A stretch of DNA of 64,000 bases. Source: Tubulanus polymorphus (Eukaryota > Animalia > Nemertea). Shown here piece after piece: positions 1 through 14,200 of the stretch. The stretch spans positions 18,718,950 through 18,782,949 of the forward strand of contig NC_134029.1 of NCBI RefSeq assembly GCF_964204645.1. Reading direction: 5' to 3'. How positions within the stretch are numbered: position 1 is the stretch's first letter; the number at the start of each line of letters is the position of its first letter. The position numbers and the translations under genes were made by a program. Below the pieces are notes generated by a model. That model saw only the letters and a list, made by a program, of their open reading frames with translations, ran no database searches and was not told the origin of the DNA.

Positions 1-896
1 AGGTGTGATATCGTTCGAATTGTTTGTATATCGGAGAGATGTTCATTTTAATACTAAGGCCAAAAGCGTGGCAAAAAAACATGGGCTACATCGTTCTGTT
101 GTTGAAAGACGAGTGTGCCATCTAACAGTACAAGAACGCATTAAACCTGTGTTATCTAGATACACGGAATCATCGCAGTCCATGTTCTGTTTCTCTTAGT
201 ATATCTTTTTACAGGGTGACCACAATGTACACTTTCAAATTCCCAAGGTTTTCCTATGTTTTCCAAGTAAAAATTAGAACATTCCCCGTGTTCTGATGAA
301 CATCAGCAAGAGAGACCAAAAAGTTGTTATCTTGACAGATCCAGTTACGTAAGAAACTGTGCCCGGTAAATACTTCTATTTTCAGCTGATACGTTTTTAT
401 AGAGATACAAGCTTAACAGCGTGAAATGAAGATTTTAGAGTTGTAATAATCTGATGACAAAGATGGGGAACATAGTTCAGAAGTGAAACACAATTCGCGG
501 GGTAAACCCGCTCAACATTAAACACAATTTCGCTGTGTTTTCCAGAATTCTATCAAATTTAATCAAATTCTAAGGGTTATCAGATTCCCTGTTTTCCAGA
601 ATCGCGGTCACCTCGTCTTAGATCTGTACGACAATACGACAATGCATCGACAAATCATTGCTATATCCGAAAAAATTCCAGCACGCTGTAGTAGTCGTTA
701 AAGAAACGAGCAGTGTTTTCAATAAGAGCCAGGTCCTGGGTCCCAGACCCGTCTGTCGTTTTTTACGGACCCGCCTGTTTTTTCAAACCAGCTTTCGTTT
801 CAGGGACTGTGACATATTACGGGACCCTCCTGTTTTTCGAATGGACCTGGCTTGTTAATTTCTTACCGAAAACACTGACGAGTACGAAATTATTAC

Positions 897-3800
897 CTTT
901 TCGAAGTAGACGACCGCGTATTCAACGCCGTCGCAGTGAATACGAGGAAATTCGACCATCAAATACATGAAGTTACTGTCTCGCTTCTGTTTCTCGTTGA
1001 TCAACTCGATCTCGCGAAACGTCAAACGATCCAACCAGTCGACTTTCATCATGTGCCCGTTGTGATGTCGCTTCGTCAACTGCAACGAATGGAATTCCGA
1101 TATGGCATCGACATATATATAAGACGGCTTACGTTTTTCGAGTCTCGGTCGATATTTTGGTGGGCGGATATCGAAGTGGCGGATAAACACGCCGAATCTG
1201 TGAATTTCGGTTCATTTGTTCATCATTGATAAGACACTACCGTATATTGGTTTCCATAGACAAGTGGCTGTCCAATTAGTCGACAAAAACCCACATAAAA
1301 AAGAAACAAGTAAAACTATCTGATAGTTTGACGTTTCGACTCAAATCTATGAGCCATTTTCGTTTTTGAAAATGGCTCATAGATTTGAGTCGAAACGTCA
1401 AACTATCAGATAGCTTTTCTTTTTTCTTTTTTATTGTGGGTTTTTGTCAACTACCGTATATCCGTGTTGTGAGGATTAAATATTGACAATCCCACAATGA
1501 GTAATTCAGTATTCCTGAAGATGACTATTAGAATATAGTCAAAACGTCGAATAAACTACTGACTTTGTCTTTCATTATCATATTGTAGGATTCTCGTTAT
1601 TCTATTGGTTCGTTTGTATCATGACTTACATGAGCGAGTTGACTCATCTGATCTTTGGCCCCGGCGCCTTTACCCGCTGTAGTTGACGCATTATTTGGGT
1701 CGGCCTCCATGTCGGGCCACACTTTCAAATCGATCATCCCTCGACGAAATGTCCTGAAGAATAGGTAAGACGCTTATCAAATAATTCATATGACACTGAG
1801 TGCAGTATTACCCAACCAACACCAAGTTACACCGAGCAGCTAATAAGCGCTGAGGAGTCATCTATCAGGCCAGGTACCCATTTACTCTTGAGTGGAGAAA
1901 GGCAATGATGATAAGTGTCTTGCCCGAGGACAGTACGGTAATGTACAGGATTCAAACCCACACAACCTGGTTTCCCACCCAGAGCCGAACACTCTAACCA
2001 CTCGGCCATGCCACTCCACATAAGAAAATATTTAAGCTTGTTTTGACTCATACTTTCATTAGATTCATACTTTCATTAATACCAGCCTATACTTCTAACA
2101 GCAAAAATAATCTATTTTCAGGAGTCATCTATTAGGGGGTGTAGAGGCAAGGCAACAAGGGATAAGTATTTTGCTGAGATATATTTCATTACAGGGCAGG
2201 GTTCAGAATTGTAGAAAACAAATCGTACCAAGCCACAATGGTATCAAATATTACTCTCCTTTCACATCCACCTGATGCACACAATATTCCAGCCAATAAC
2301 TACTCACCCATATTTGCCATATAACGAAACGGTAGTGCCACCTATAGGTAATGCTTCTGTTGTACCGTAAATATCCCAGATCGTCAGAGCTAACAGCGCA
2401 TTTCTTGGCAAATCACTATATTTGACTGGCAGCGTCAACCATTCGTTCCAACTGAAAATAAATCGAAAGTTTCGACATTAAAAATGTAACCATTCAGGCC
2501 ATCCTCCCTCTGCAGGGACTCGAACCTGATGGCATCGCTACACTCAGCCACGGCACGAACCCCTGCATCAGTAGACCGGGTGCGCAGGTACATGCGCAGC
2601 TTTCCGAACGAAAACTGGCGGCACCAATCAGATTGCTCGTTGTATAATCGTTGAGGCAAATTTCAAGGAAGAACTATAAATGGGAAAACCCGGGCTAAAA
2701 TAAAACGGGATTTCTGATTGGCTAAAAATCACATCATCTGAACTGCGCATGTATCTGCGCACACGGTCGATTATGGCAGGGTTTCGTGCCGTGGTAATCT
2801 CGATGCCATCAGGTTCTAATCCCTGCCGGGGGAGGATGCATTCAGGCAGGCATTTCTCTAGTCCCATTTATACAGTTTTAGGTGCAAAGATAGATTGAAT
2901 ATTGAGATGATTGAGTGATATTAAAGACTTGAGTTTGTTGGATTCGTTCAGGAATCAAAATGAGCTTCATTGGCACACTAATTTTTGGAATTTCTATTTG
3001 ACAGTTTAACCCTTTCAGTACGTCTACAACGCAGTGCGGTGTATAAATCAGTGATAGATTTTGCTAGTTCACCGCACTGCAGTGTAATGATGTAATTAGT
3101 AATTATCTCTCTTGAAAATGGCAGCACCTGTCAAACATAGTGAAATACTAGTAACTAACGATACACCGCACTGCGGTGAAGATGCACTATAGTGGTATTC
3201 CCATTATTCAACACACTAGGGTGGAATTTTTAAAAATTTTCAAATTATCTCCAGCACTAGGGCCTATAGGGTATTAATTAGTCAGCACTGAAAGGGTTGA
3301 TACAATCATGTGAACCTACTGAAACATTCGCAATTTTACTGAATTTAATCAGAAATACACCAAAATCAAGATTTTACAAAGCCTAATGAGGACAGTGTGC
3401 TATGTTTCACTCTGTGTGTGGTTCAGTAAAATTATTCCAGATGGTAGGCATGGAAACATATTGTTAAAATTGATTTGATTCATAAAATGGAGTCTCTTTT
3501 CTCCGATTCAAATTAGTCGAAGAAGACTTTTTAGCAAATCCTTCAATACAGTCTAAAATGGATATATAAACGATGGTTTATTCAGACCTCACAATTTCAC
3601 TGGTCGTATTGAGACCAATTGGAGGTGTGTGTTCAAAAAGCCAATATCTGAAACATTAATACTTACTTCCAACGCGAAGTAAATGGTTTATACGCGGTCC
3701 TAACGGGCAAGGCGATCGGTTTGTTGTCCGCAAATATTTGACAGGTCACATATAAATCAGCATTCCTCTCTTGATACAAGCCGGAAAATTTCAACATCGG

Positions 3801-4966
3801 ATCGTCCATCAAATCTTTATAACTCGGTCTTTGCCTGGTGCCTTCTAAAGTACCTCTGAAAATATGCAAATAAGCCGAACTAGAAATTTTGGGGACATAA
3901 TACTACGATCGGGCTTGAACTGACAAAAGGATGAGAATGTTAGAGAAACTAGACATTTAAGAATTTACTGTCCAATTATTGATAACAAGAGACCCATATG
4001 GGTTAGGCATCGGTCATGTTGAGCAGAGCCTGCATCCAACTACACTATGGACCGACTATTATCACGTCCGGATGGATATCTGGATGATCCGGTGATTTCG
4101 GTGAAAAAAAAGTAAAGTCGGAGAACGACTGTAATATCACTTAATAGACTAGTTGCTGAGCCTGTACTGGTCGCCTGTTATCGCTATGCTGAAGGTGTAT
4201 CTTCTTAACCGCACGGCTCCGCAACTAAACCACCTCGCCAGAATGGAGAGTCTGGAGACATCCGGATGATCAGGTGATCGATCCCAAAAGAGACATTGAT
4301 AATAGAGTCAGCCCTATGGCATAATCCCTAACATTTAGGCCTACCCTTCTAGTAGCAGTCATAAGCGCACGCATAAGAGTGGAAAGATACCTAAACTGCA
4401 ATCTTAACAAAATGAACATTCTGGCTGGAAAACTGACAATAGTTTTGTTTTTCTTGAGGGACTTTTACGATTTTCAATTTTGGCGATTTATCAGAGAAAC
4501 TCATTTATGAGCACTGATTTTAGTGATAGATTTCACTACGAAACACAATTTTCCGATCGAAATTCTGCAATCGACCAACTCGCTCCGGTGGTGATTTGAT
4601 TTCCAAGATGGCCACACCTGGTCCAGGTAGCCTACTGTTTAAAAGATACAATCTTTTCACGTCGCCCATCAGAACCAATATTGTCGTTTTTTTATGAATG
4701 TGTTTGATTTGATCCTAAATCATCAACTCAAAACGTGATTGCTTCAAAATTGAATACTTTTAAAAGGCCTTTAATTCCGTGCGCCTAGGCCTAAAAACCG
4801 CGATAAGAGTCAAAGAGAAAGGGGTGGGTGGGTGGACTTCTTATTTCATTCAATCGATGATAAAAACCTATTTTTACAATTACATTTTAATCTGAATGTT
4901 GACGTCTAAATCAGAGCTATACACGTAACAGAAACGATGTTGCGGTATATGATCGGTGCCATCCAT
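897..4966 (-). CDS. PIK3C3: Class III PI3-kinase Vps34, 5' exons (gene continues left of window). Exons ~4884-4966, 3667-3855, 2308-2451, 1630-1753, 897-1079
   Basis: GT-AG exons join in frame: [33 protein letters not shown]...[10 protein letters not shown]...[30 protein letters not shown]...[17 protein letters not shown], the Vps34 C2 domain. Confidence 0.93.
1277..1453. repeat. Long palindrome, probable inverted Penelope-like terminal fragment
   Basis: Perfect 46-bp arms 1316-1361 and 1368-1413 with 6-nt loop and imperfect outer arms; 12-bp direct repeat ACTACCGTATAT at 1236-1247 and 1450-1461. Confidence 0.6.
1826..2018 (-). mobile_element. tRNA-derived SINE (second copy ~41825-42003)
   Basis: Minus strand has A-box-like TGGCCGAGTGG, B-box-like GGTTTGAATCC, then core GCAAGACACTTATCATCATTGCCT..AATGGGTACCTGG; homologous copy near 41.9 kb. 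Confidence 0.7.
2500..2840. mobile_element. Palindromic MITE (related copy ~37657-37888)
   Basis: ~100-bp imperfect TIRs GAACCTGATGGCATCG..CCACGGCACGAA / TTCGTGCCGTGG..CGATGCCATCAGGTTC; shared internal sequence with the 37.7-kb copy. Confidence 0.7.
3006..3300. mobile_element. piggyBac-like MITE family A (copies ~40621-40874, ~36662-37228, remnant ~34450-34875)
   Basis: TTAA-CCCTTTCAGT ... ACTGAAAGGG-TTGA termini; shared internal sequence among copies. Confidence 0.65.
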
Positions 4967-5289
4967 CCTCCTTGAATAGTTTTACAGCCAAACAACGGTG
5001 GAGACGAGAAAAAAAATTAATTTGACAGATCAATCAATTCAATTCAATATATTTGAATCCTCGACTGCCACAGATAGAATAGGAAGTACAATTCAATTTT
5101 ATTTTATTCCACAGTGCCACTAATTTCCATTTCCTCCTAGAGGGCAAGAAAATATTGCAAATACAAACATCAGTGGACGGTACAATAAGTACATTTTCTT
5201 TCTTTATGGTGAGCCAAGCCTGAAAATGCGATAAGCCGCGTGTAAAGATAATTAATAAACAATAGCAGGTGGCGCCATCTCGTTTCAAA
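4967..5289. promoter_or_regulatory. Bidirectional promoter region PIK3C3/EIF2B5
   Basis: Divergent ATGs only ~323 bp apart; YY1-like AAAATGGC overlaps the EIF2B5 start. Confidence 0.6.
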
Positions 5290-8200
5290 ATGGCTTCGAA
5301 AAAGAAATCGGGAGCTCGTGAAGTGATTAAAGAAGAGGATGTTTTGCAGGCGGTCGTCATCGCTGACAGTTTCAACATTCGATTTGCGCCGATCACCAAA
5401 AACATTCCGCGGGTCGGTAAAAATCTCCGTGTCCCATCCCTCGAGTAACTCTGAAATTCATCTAGAACTGAATGAAGAAACGTCGCCGTTTTTACCATAT
5501 GTTTTTGTTATGCTAAGTACAGCCGACAACCGACATAAGTTTTTCACTGGGGGCTTGTCACAGTTGTTAATCAGTTTTCTCCAGATTTTTATCCTCGCTC
5601 GCCAGGGTCTGATTGCTGCCCGCTGGAGCACAGGCCAATACAAACCCTGGCCGCAAACCCTTAACTTGTCTATTATCGCCCAGAATTTTTGGGTGGACAG
5701 TTTAAAGCGCTCAGCAGCGCCCACCAGTCTATACATCTAGCCAATCAGATGCGTGGTATTTATAGAGCATCACGTCGTGCCGGTAATAAGCGCACCTGAT
5801 TGGCTAGATATATAGACTGGTAGGCGCTGAGTGGAAACCTGTCCGCCCAAAAAATTCTGGGCGATGTAATAGACCAATGAAGGGTTTGCATCGGCGTGAG
5901 CTTCAGCTGGTGGGCATCAAAACCTGGTAATCGAGGATGCAGATTCTAGAAAGGCAGCCACCCCTTTCATTGTTGTACCTACTCTGAAAGTCAGCCGCAA
6001 TTTATAAAATGTCTTCTGCCCGCTACACCAGAGTGGGCCCGTGACAATATTCTATCAATGCTGATAATTGCTTTGAAATATATTGAAATATTGAGCTAAT
6101 GTGAAAAATAGAAGATTAGACCAAGATTTTGCGTATTGTTAGGGGATTGAAAGCTTTGTTTCTTCAGCAGCCACAATGTCATCCTTGCTTGCCAGGGGTC
6201 CGGTATCACTCCCGAACTCGCTTCCACCAGCCCCCTGGCCTCAGAATTGTGATTTCATTACTGGCGCTGTTGTGCATACGTCATATATCGATTTGCGAAA
6301 TACTTCCTTATTCAGTTAAACGTTCGCTGATTGGTCCATTTAACGGAAAAACCAATAGAATCCTTAAGTCTTTTGTTACAAGCGCTGTGATTGGTACGAC
6401 CGGATTCTTGTCGGCTAGTAACAACTTCAACGACTCGTGAGGTCAAGGGGTTCGGCGAACAGCTTAAACGTAGTGGGTTCGAATCTCTTGACGGGTGAAG
6501 ATGCCACTATGTCAAAATGGTTAATACCGTTAACCAGCGGAAAGTTGACTCAGTAACAATTGAAAGTATTGTTACTATGGCATTTATCCACTGGTTATGT
6601 TTAACCAACTTTTGAGCGAACAGCTCCTTAAATCCTAACGAGGAAAATCATCCATGATATTGTCACTGAGAAAATTTACTTTGCCGTGAGAGTGAAGGCT
6701 CTGAAAATATAATAGGAATAAACTATAGGAAATAGATTTTTAGTAAATACATGCACCATTAATGACTTAGGGTCCAGTGTTATGAAAAGGATTTATCCCT
6801 AGATGAATTTAAATCAACAGAATCAATCAGATTGATTGAAGGGCAGGGACCTTCGTGTTGAGCCTTTATGTGAAATTTAATCCTGGTGTTTATTGCAAGA
6901 CTGTGAAGAAGTTTGAACAACTGACTGAAACTTAGTATCTTTTAGAAAATAACTGAAATGATAAATAACAGTAAAAACTTAACCATTTACTACAAAATAT
7001 GTAATTTTTTATATTCAACCTTTCCTCATTTTTTGTAGGCACTGATGCCTTTATGCAATGTACCCCTGTTGGACTACACGTTGGAATTTTTATGCGAAGC
7101 TGGCATTCAAGAGATAATTGTGTTCTGTTGTGCACATGCTGAGAAAATTAAAGCCCACATACGGTACGGCTTATGATCTTTTTATCGCGTTCCCTGTTCA
7201 ATAGTTCATGATGAAATATGATTCTCGGGGGAGTTACTTTCATGGTTCCCACAGAACAGGGAAATTGGGAAAAACTTGGGAATTTTGAAATAATGATTCC
7301 CGGTTTGGAAATATTTGGGAATTTGAAAAATTCTCATATCAGGGAAATATTTGGGAGATTCATTGCATTTCACATATTGCATTTGCCAAGGGCAACTTTC
7401 TTCAGCAGTTTCTCTTGAAAATCGCCTTTATCAACCAGTCACCGCTAAAATGTTGACTGAAGCATGACGATATGTGTTCATTTGCATTTGGGAAAATTGA
7501 AAAATCACCCATGAAATACTTGGGAAAAACTTGGGAATTTTGAATTCGTATAACTGTGGGAACAATGTACTTTGTTTTAACTCTTAAAAGTGAAATTTTG
7601 ACCCAGAACCTCAGGGGAACTGGTACCATGGTGGACGGTATACCGATTCTCATCATTGTATGTTTACATTATTATCGCAAGATTCATTTATTGCCTTTCT
7701 AGAAATTCGAAATGGAGCAAAGGTTCATCGCCGGCGTCGGTGAGAACCATAATCTCGGAGGATTGTTTGTCGATGGGAGACGCTCTACGTGATTTGGACA
7801 GTAAAAGTATCATTCGTTCTGACTTTGTGCTGGTGAACGCCGATCTAATATCTAACATGGATTTAAAGTCTGCTATTCAAACTCACAAGTAAGATCCGCA
7901 GAGGATTTTTTGCGCATTCTAGTTACTCGGATAGGTTTAAGTCTTAGACTTTGTGGAACTATACAAATCTTTAGCCATTTCCATGATTTCATTCTTTAAA
8001 AAGATTTTTCCTGGCCTAGCTTGGGCTTCACTAAAACCATAGTAACTCTTGAAACCCCTAAGCGTTTTCGGTAGGTCCAGAAATTACAGAATTTTCCGGT
8101 AGGAGTACCGATCTAAGCAATAACGAGCAGTAAGTGGTACCTCAAAAGGTTAAATGTAACATATACCGGGTAGTAAAAGTCTAACCTTATCGGTAGGTAT

Positions 8201-11200
8201 CAGGACAATTGCCCCTCTCAATGATTGCCCCCCCCCCCCCATTTTTCAATGAAATCCAACAACAATGACAACCAACAACAATTTTATAGATACAATTTTC
8301 ATTTCATAGTTTTTTGGTTGCATTTTCAATGTTTTCGTTATCATTATGGCTCAAACAACCCAACATTTTTTACGCCGAAGTAAAAACTGCGATGTTTGTT
8401 AACTAGTATATCTTGTATTACGATCGCTGGTTGGTTGTGTTAGAAACACAAGCTGGCTGTTAGTCGTTAACTCGTAAGGTTTAACCTAGTTAAAGATTTG
8501 AGTGATATACGTACGCCTTCACATCTGAAATATTCTTCTTCAGGAAAAGACGCGACAAAGATAAATCGTCGGTTATGACTATGGTGTTCAAACATGCTCC
8601 CGCCGGCCACCGTAGTCGCTGTCATGAAGACGAAGTCATTATCGCTGTCGATAAAGAAACCGATCAAGTGCTTCATTATTCTAAAGTAGGAGACAAAAAG
8701 AAGATTGCTTTTCCTCTGGTAAGTGTCTTAATTGCGATGATATCACTCGTTGGATGGTTTTGTGTAAATATCAAATATTGGTTCTCGTGGTCTCCGTTAC
8801 TAGAACCTTATTTTGTACTGTCTGTGTGTTTGTGTCAGTCTTTCAGCTTAGTTAATAGTAGGTCGATCTTGATGAAACTTCTGTACAATGTTAGTATCAG
8901 GGGTCTAGTTTTGCAGTGCAAAGAATGTGCCCAGTGCACTACTAAGTGGCAGAAAAAATGTTTTTCAACAACATGACCTTGAAGATGACTCCATAACTGT
9001 GGAACTGGGTGCAAATTCAAAAAGTTGTCTTAAAAAGATTTAGCTTTTGGCCCTTGATACAACATAGCCTATACAAAATGTATTGGTAACTAACACGTGG
9101 TAATTTCGGAATGCCTCATGCATACGTCAGTGACAACAGATTCAAGCTTGAACCCGAGAACTGTGTCACGTGTGGCTTGCATTCATATTGTATAATAATG
9201 GATCTTTAAAACCTCCAGTAAAAACTCATAAAAGAAGTGGGATCCGATAAGTGCTGGCACTGCACATCAGGTTTCAGGTTCCCGTATCGAAATGTATCTC
9301 AGTAAAAAGCATAATTTAAGGACATGATGAATCTTTTGCCAGAATAACTATAGTATAACAGACCTCAGAAAGCATCAATCAGTCTAGATTATTCCTATAA
9401 TGGTGGGGTGTCCTGCGTTGATAGGGAGTCGTATGAATTCATACTGCTTCGTGTACATTTTCTATCTTATTGAAATTGTTTACTTCGCAGGAAATCTTTA
9501 AGGAGCATCCAGCAGTGCAGTTACGTTACGATCTGTTGGATTGTCAAGTTTGTATTTGTTCGCCGTTAGTAGCCCCGCTTTTCTCGGATAATTTTGATTA
9601 CCTGACGCGGGATCATTTCGTGCGGGGCCTTCTTATCAATGAAGAGGTAAGAGTTTTGTAAATTATACTGGCTTCACCAAGCAGGCCTATCTGCATAATT
9701 ATTAGTTCTAGTTGAGTTTGGTTTCAAGTATATACTTAACTACCAGATAATTTTATACCCGGTAGTTGAGAAATTCCTCTTCTATAACGGCAATGGTGGT
9801 ACATGTATGACCTATTAAGAAATGTTTTAAGTTATGATGACACCCACCCGATGTTATTCTTTGTTAAACATATCTTTGAATTTAGAGAAGGGTCAGTGAA
9901 ATTCTTTGAAAATTGTAGCCCAAACAATAATGAACATCTTCGTAAGTCTCAAACTTTTTCACCTCAACTCTTTAAAAGGCACAGAAATTAGGAACTATAC
10001 TTTTTCAGCTAAAATATCGTATGCCAAACGATTAATGAACTACTCTAAGGTGACCACTGACCTGGAAAACTCAGGGAATTTGGATCTATCATTGACCACG
10101 CATTTGTTTATCAATACATGATTCATAAAAAATGAATAAATTATAACATTTTAAACCAAGAAATTCCTCAGATTTAACCAAGGAATTTTGTGTTATAACA
10201 TGGAAAATCCAGGAAAACTCCGGGAATTTGTAAATTGGCGGAAAGTGGCTATGAACCAGGTTATTAGTGAGTTTCTTTCCGCTGTATTTTCAGATTCTAG
10301 GAAACACAATTCACGTGCACGTTATCGAAGACGATTACGCGGCTCGCGTTTCGAATTTAATGATGTACGACGCGGTCAGTAAAGATGTGATAGCCAGATG
10401 GTCGTACCCACTCGTACCGGAGAATAATATATCCACGCGTCATATGGACGACTATATTTACGGCCGACACAATACGTATACTTGTACGGATGTCCGATTA
10501 TCTAGGTGAGAATGTTAATGATAATGATAATTATAATAGTAATAATTATAATATATTTACTTATATAGTGCAGTTATAAAATCTTAACCACAACCCTTTG
10601 CATTCTAAAACTACATTATGATAAGTGCAAGTTGAAAAAAATTACTAGTAATCACCATAAAAGTTTTCAATTTGGATTTGAAGGTTTAGACAGATGGAGA
10701 CTCTCTTATGCTTTGAGGTAGTCAATTACAAAGAGAAGGAGCTGAATAGTAAAATGACCTTGTTCCAATAACCTTTTTTGGTGTAGGTTAAGCTAGAATT
10801 GCAGAATCATTACCGGAACAAAGTGTACGAGGTGGAACATAATGTTAGTACCAGGCCACTGGTACGACTGAACTACAATAGCCTATCGACCAAATGAACA
10901 AAATCAAACAAATTTGATAAAAAAATCTAGTTTTCTTTTATGAATTTCTGAAAAAAAATTAATCTTTGCAAAGCGCAGCATTTTTTGAAAAATAGGTATG
11001 ACAGGCAAAGAGTTAAGACGAGTCTAAGCCTGTTATCTTAGTTCTATAGCCATCTAACAACTCTAAAACTAAGAACACTGTAGGACTTCAGGCACAACTG
11101 TGTAACTGGGCCCTATAATCGGAGTATATTGGTACGGGTTATAATTGGAATATATATATATATGATGATACAGAACTGGTTTCAAAAAGCAACGTTGCAC

Positions 11201-14200
11201 AGTTGTGAGCTCAGTTTGTCCGTAGAGTTAGAGGGGTAACTGTGTACATGTGTTTCATTGCTAGTTATTTATCGAAGCCATCTCTGCGGTATTTCACCCA
11301 TATCAAGCGATTACTTCCTATTTCAGAGGTTGCATTTTAGAACAAGATGTGATGATCGGTCCCGGCACGTCAGTGGGTCAAAACTCAACAATCCGACGCT
11401 CGATTATTGGGCGTAATTGTAAAATAGGTAAGACTTTTAATCTTTAATGTTCAGTTATCATAGTAGTTACCGTCTAGACCATCTAATGTAATATCATCTT
11501 AAAGAAAAATTTAGTAATTGCATTTATGAATCCTACAACTGTTTTTTTCTTTTAAGGTGAAGATGTGCATTTAGACGGCACGTTTATCTGGGATAACGTA
11601 ACTATTGAAGATAATTGTCATATTACTCAGGCTGTATTGTGTAATAATGCCGTAGTGAAAAGAGATGTAAACATAGAAAAAGGCTGCATATTATCGTACG
11701 ATGTAAGTGTATGTTGGACATTACTTGATTTTAAAAGATATTTCAATTGTAACTAGTCAACAAGGTTTATAGTACATGTACATATTTCATAATATGCTTT
11801 ATAGCGGTCAGTGAAGATCTTCAATAGCTTTGAATTTTGCCCGAGCATTTTCAGTCGTTGATTTGTTATTTGTTTAGGGGCACTAACCAAGGGGACCAAG
11901 GGAGGCAGCTGTCCAGGGGCAATTGTCTTGATTCCGTACATCAAATATGACTAAAAAGTGACAAGTATTTTGTCAGCCATAGATTAACTGAATTCATTGA
12001 AACCCCGTCTCCGAATAACCTTAACAAGTCTGCAAAATATCTTGCCGTAACGGAGCAGTGCAAATAATACTATTGTTCCCATTTCAAAACTTCATTACAA
12101 AAAAATAATGCGGTGTCAAAGCTGAGCAATCATGGTATAATGATATTGCATTTTTTACATGAATTTGAGAAAACTCGCATAATTGTGAGTGATCCCTTAA
12201 GATATTGTATGGACTCATTCATGGTACCCTAAGCTTATTCTGAGAAAATTTTCCATGAAATCGGTTGATCTACAGCTGAGAAATTACTACTCAAACAGCG
12301 GTTCCCTCGTTTCAGGAGTCCCAATTTAGGACATGACATATGTTTCAATTTCCCATAGTAACTATATAAACATTTTTTTTTCAATCGTAGGTAATCGTAG
12401 GTCCTTGTATCAAGTTGCCCAGCCGAACTATGTTAATGTCTGAACCTGCCAGTCATGACGACAGCGATTCTGATGACGATGAAACCGATCTGGATCCAGC
12501 TGCTACCGGTAAGTAGATGTATTTGGTCTCAACAGTTGCTTTTTCCTCCTATCTATAGCAAGAGCAACCAGTAAAGAACCACGAACTACAATCTTGAGGA
12601 GCCATTGACGAATAGGGGGGGGGGGGGGAAATTGTCCTAGATTCTGTTGCAATAAAATATCACTTAGAATTTTCATTTAGCCTCGCTCAAATTTTTACCT
12701 AGGGCCTAATTCAGGTCCCAATTGGTTTCTTATTAGGAATGTATGTGTGTTGATATTGATACCGGAATGAATGATGTACACACAGTATTAACCCATCAGC
12801 ACTCAGGAACTTCACTATTCAATTACTCCTCAGAAAATTCAAGGGAAAATCCAAGTTTATCATGAGTGAGCACTCGGATCAGATCTGTCATGTTCTCGCT
12901 CCAAATACACAAGAATTTCAAATAGGAAGATGTTGATTTCTGTACATTATTTGTGTCTAGTTTATCTTAAGCTATTGGGTTCAAACCCCACTACCACCAT
13001 ATTTCCGTCGAGTACTGTACCCTTTCCTATGGTTTTTGCCAATATTTTCTAAATTTGGATTTATCGCCAATGGTTTTTCTATACGACCCGGCCCTGCGGT
13101 ATTGCATTTAGCCACCGGCGAAATCCGCCATCTTTTTTCTTGGCGTTCTCGCAGTAGAACGCGTTGGATTTTTTCGCCGTAAAAATCTGGGAATTAGGAG
13201 TGAGTTTTCACTCTCGTAACGGTGAGTCCGTTCGGTTTGGGGGTTATCCCTGATTTCTTTTTTTCCGTAAGAATTTTATTTACAAATATAATTTGATTGA
13301 ATTGAATTGAATTGTTTTGATTTGTAACAGGATAATTATGCCACCCCCTCCTAAGGGTCAGCATCGTGGCGGGGAGGGATGCGGGCATTTGTTTGGCGCC
13401 TGGGACAACCACGATTCATGTGCGTCGTGCAGGCGCAAATCCGGTCAAATATGTGCAAGGAGCAATCCTTGCAATATTTGCGTCGTGTGGTCCGAGGACC
13501 TTTGGCTTCGGGCCGATAAGGCTCTTAAACTAAGAGATCGTCGTCGAGTTAGCAGGGATTCGTCGGTTTCGGCCGATGTGCCAACCGACGTTTCTAATCC
13601 TGTTTCTTATCGTAAAGCGGAGCGGTCGCCGGTCGTTCAGGTACGATCGGCTTCCCAACTCCGTTCACCGGGGAGGAACGCTGGTTCACCGGCACCGGTC
13701 TCCGGTCATTCACCGGTCTCTGGTCGTTCACCGGTTCGGCCGGTTCAGACTACATGTTCGGAACCGAGCGCGCGCTTCGGTAGTCGCGAACGGCCCGCAC
13801 CGGTTCGGTCGGTACCGGTCCGGGTCGGGCATCGGTCCGGTTCGGCCACCGGTCCGGTCCAGACGTCGTCCGGTTCAAAACATCCGGTACGTTCATCGTC
13901 TGATTCTGATCGTCGCTCCGGGGATAGAGCTCGCTCTCCCACTAGATTTAGACGCCGTGAGCGTAATAAACGAGCAAGATCTCCTTCTAGCAGATCAAGG
14001 TTTGATCCTGCAACTTCTACAACAGGTAAGCCTATTCCTGATTGTCTGTTTAGAAGTTCGCCAGCCCACTCAGTTTTTCGGAATTCTGACTCTGAATTCC
14101 TGGATGCTGCGGTAGGGTCTGATTTCAATGAGGATCCGGTCCCAGAGGCGGCAATTCCTTCTGGGGTCGTTCCTGTCGCAAGCAATTGTGGGTTGCCCCA

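Noticed and set aside
1940-2018. tRNA gene
   Set aside because: No full cloverleaf; continues into a SINE body present twice in the window
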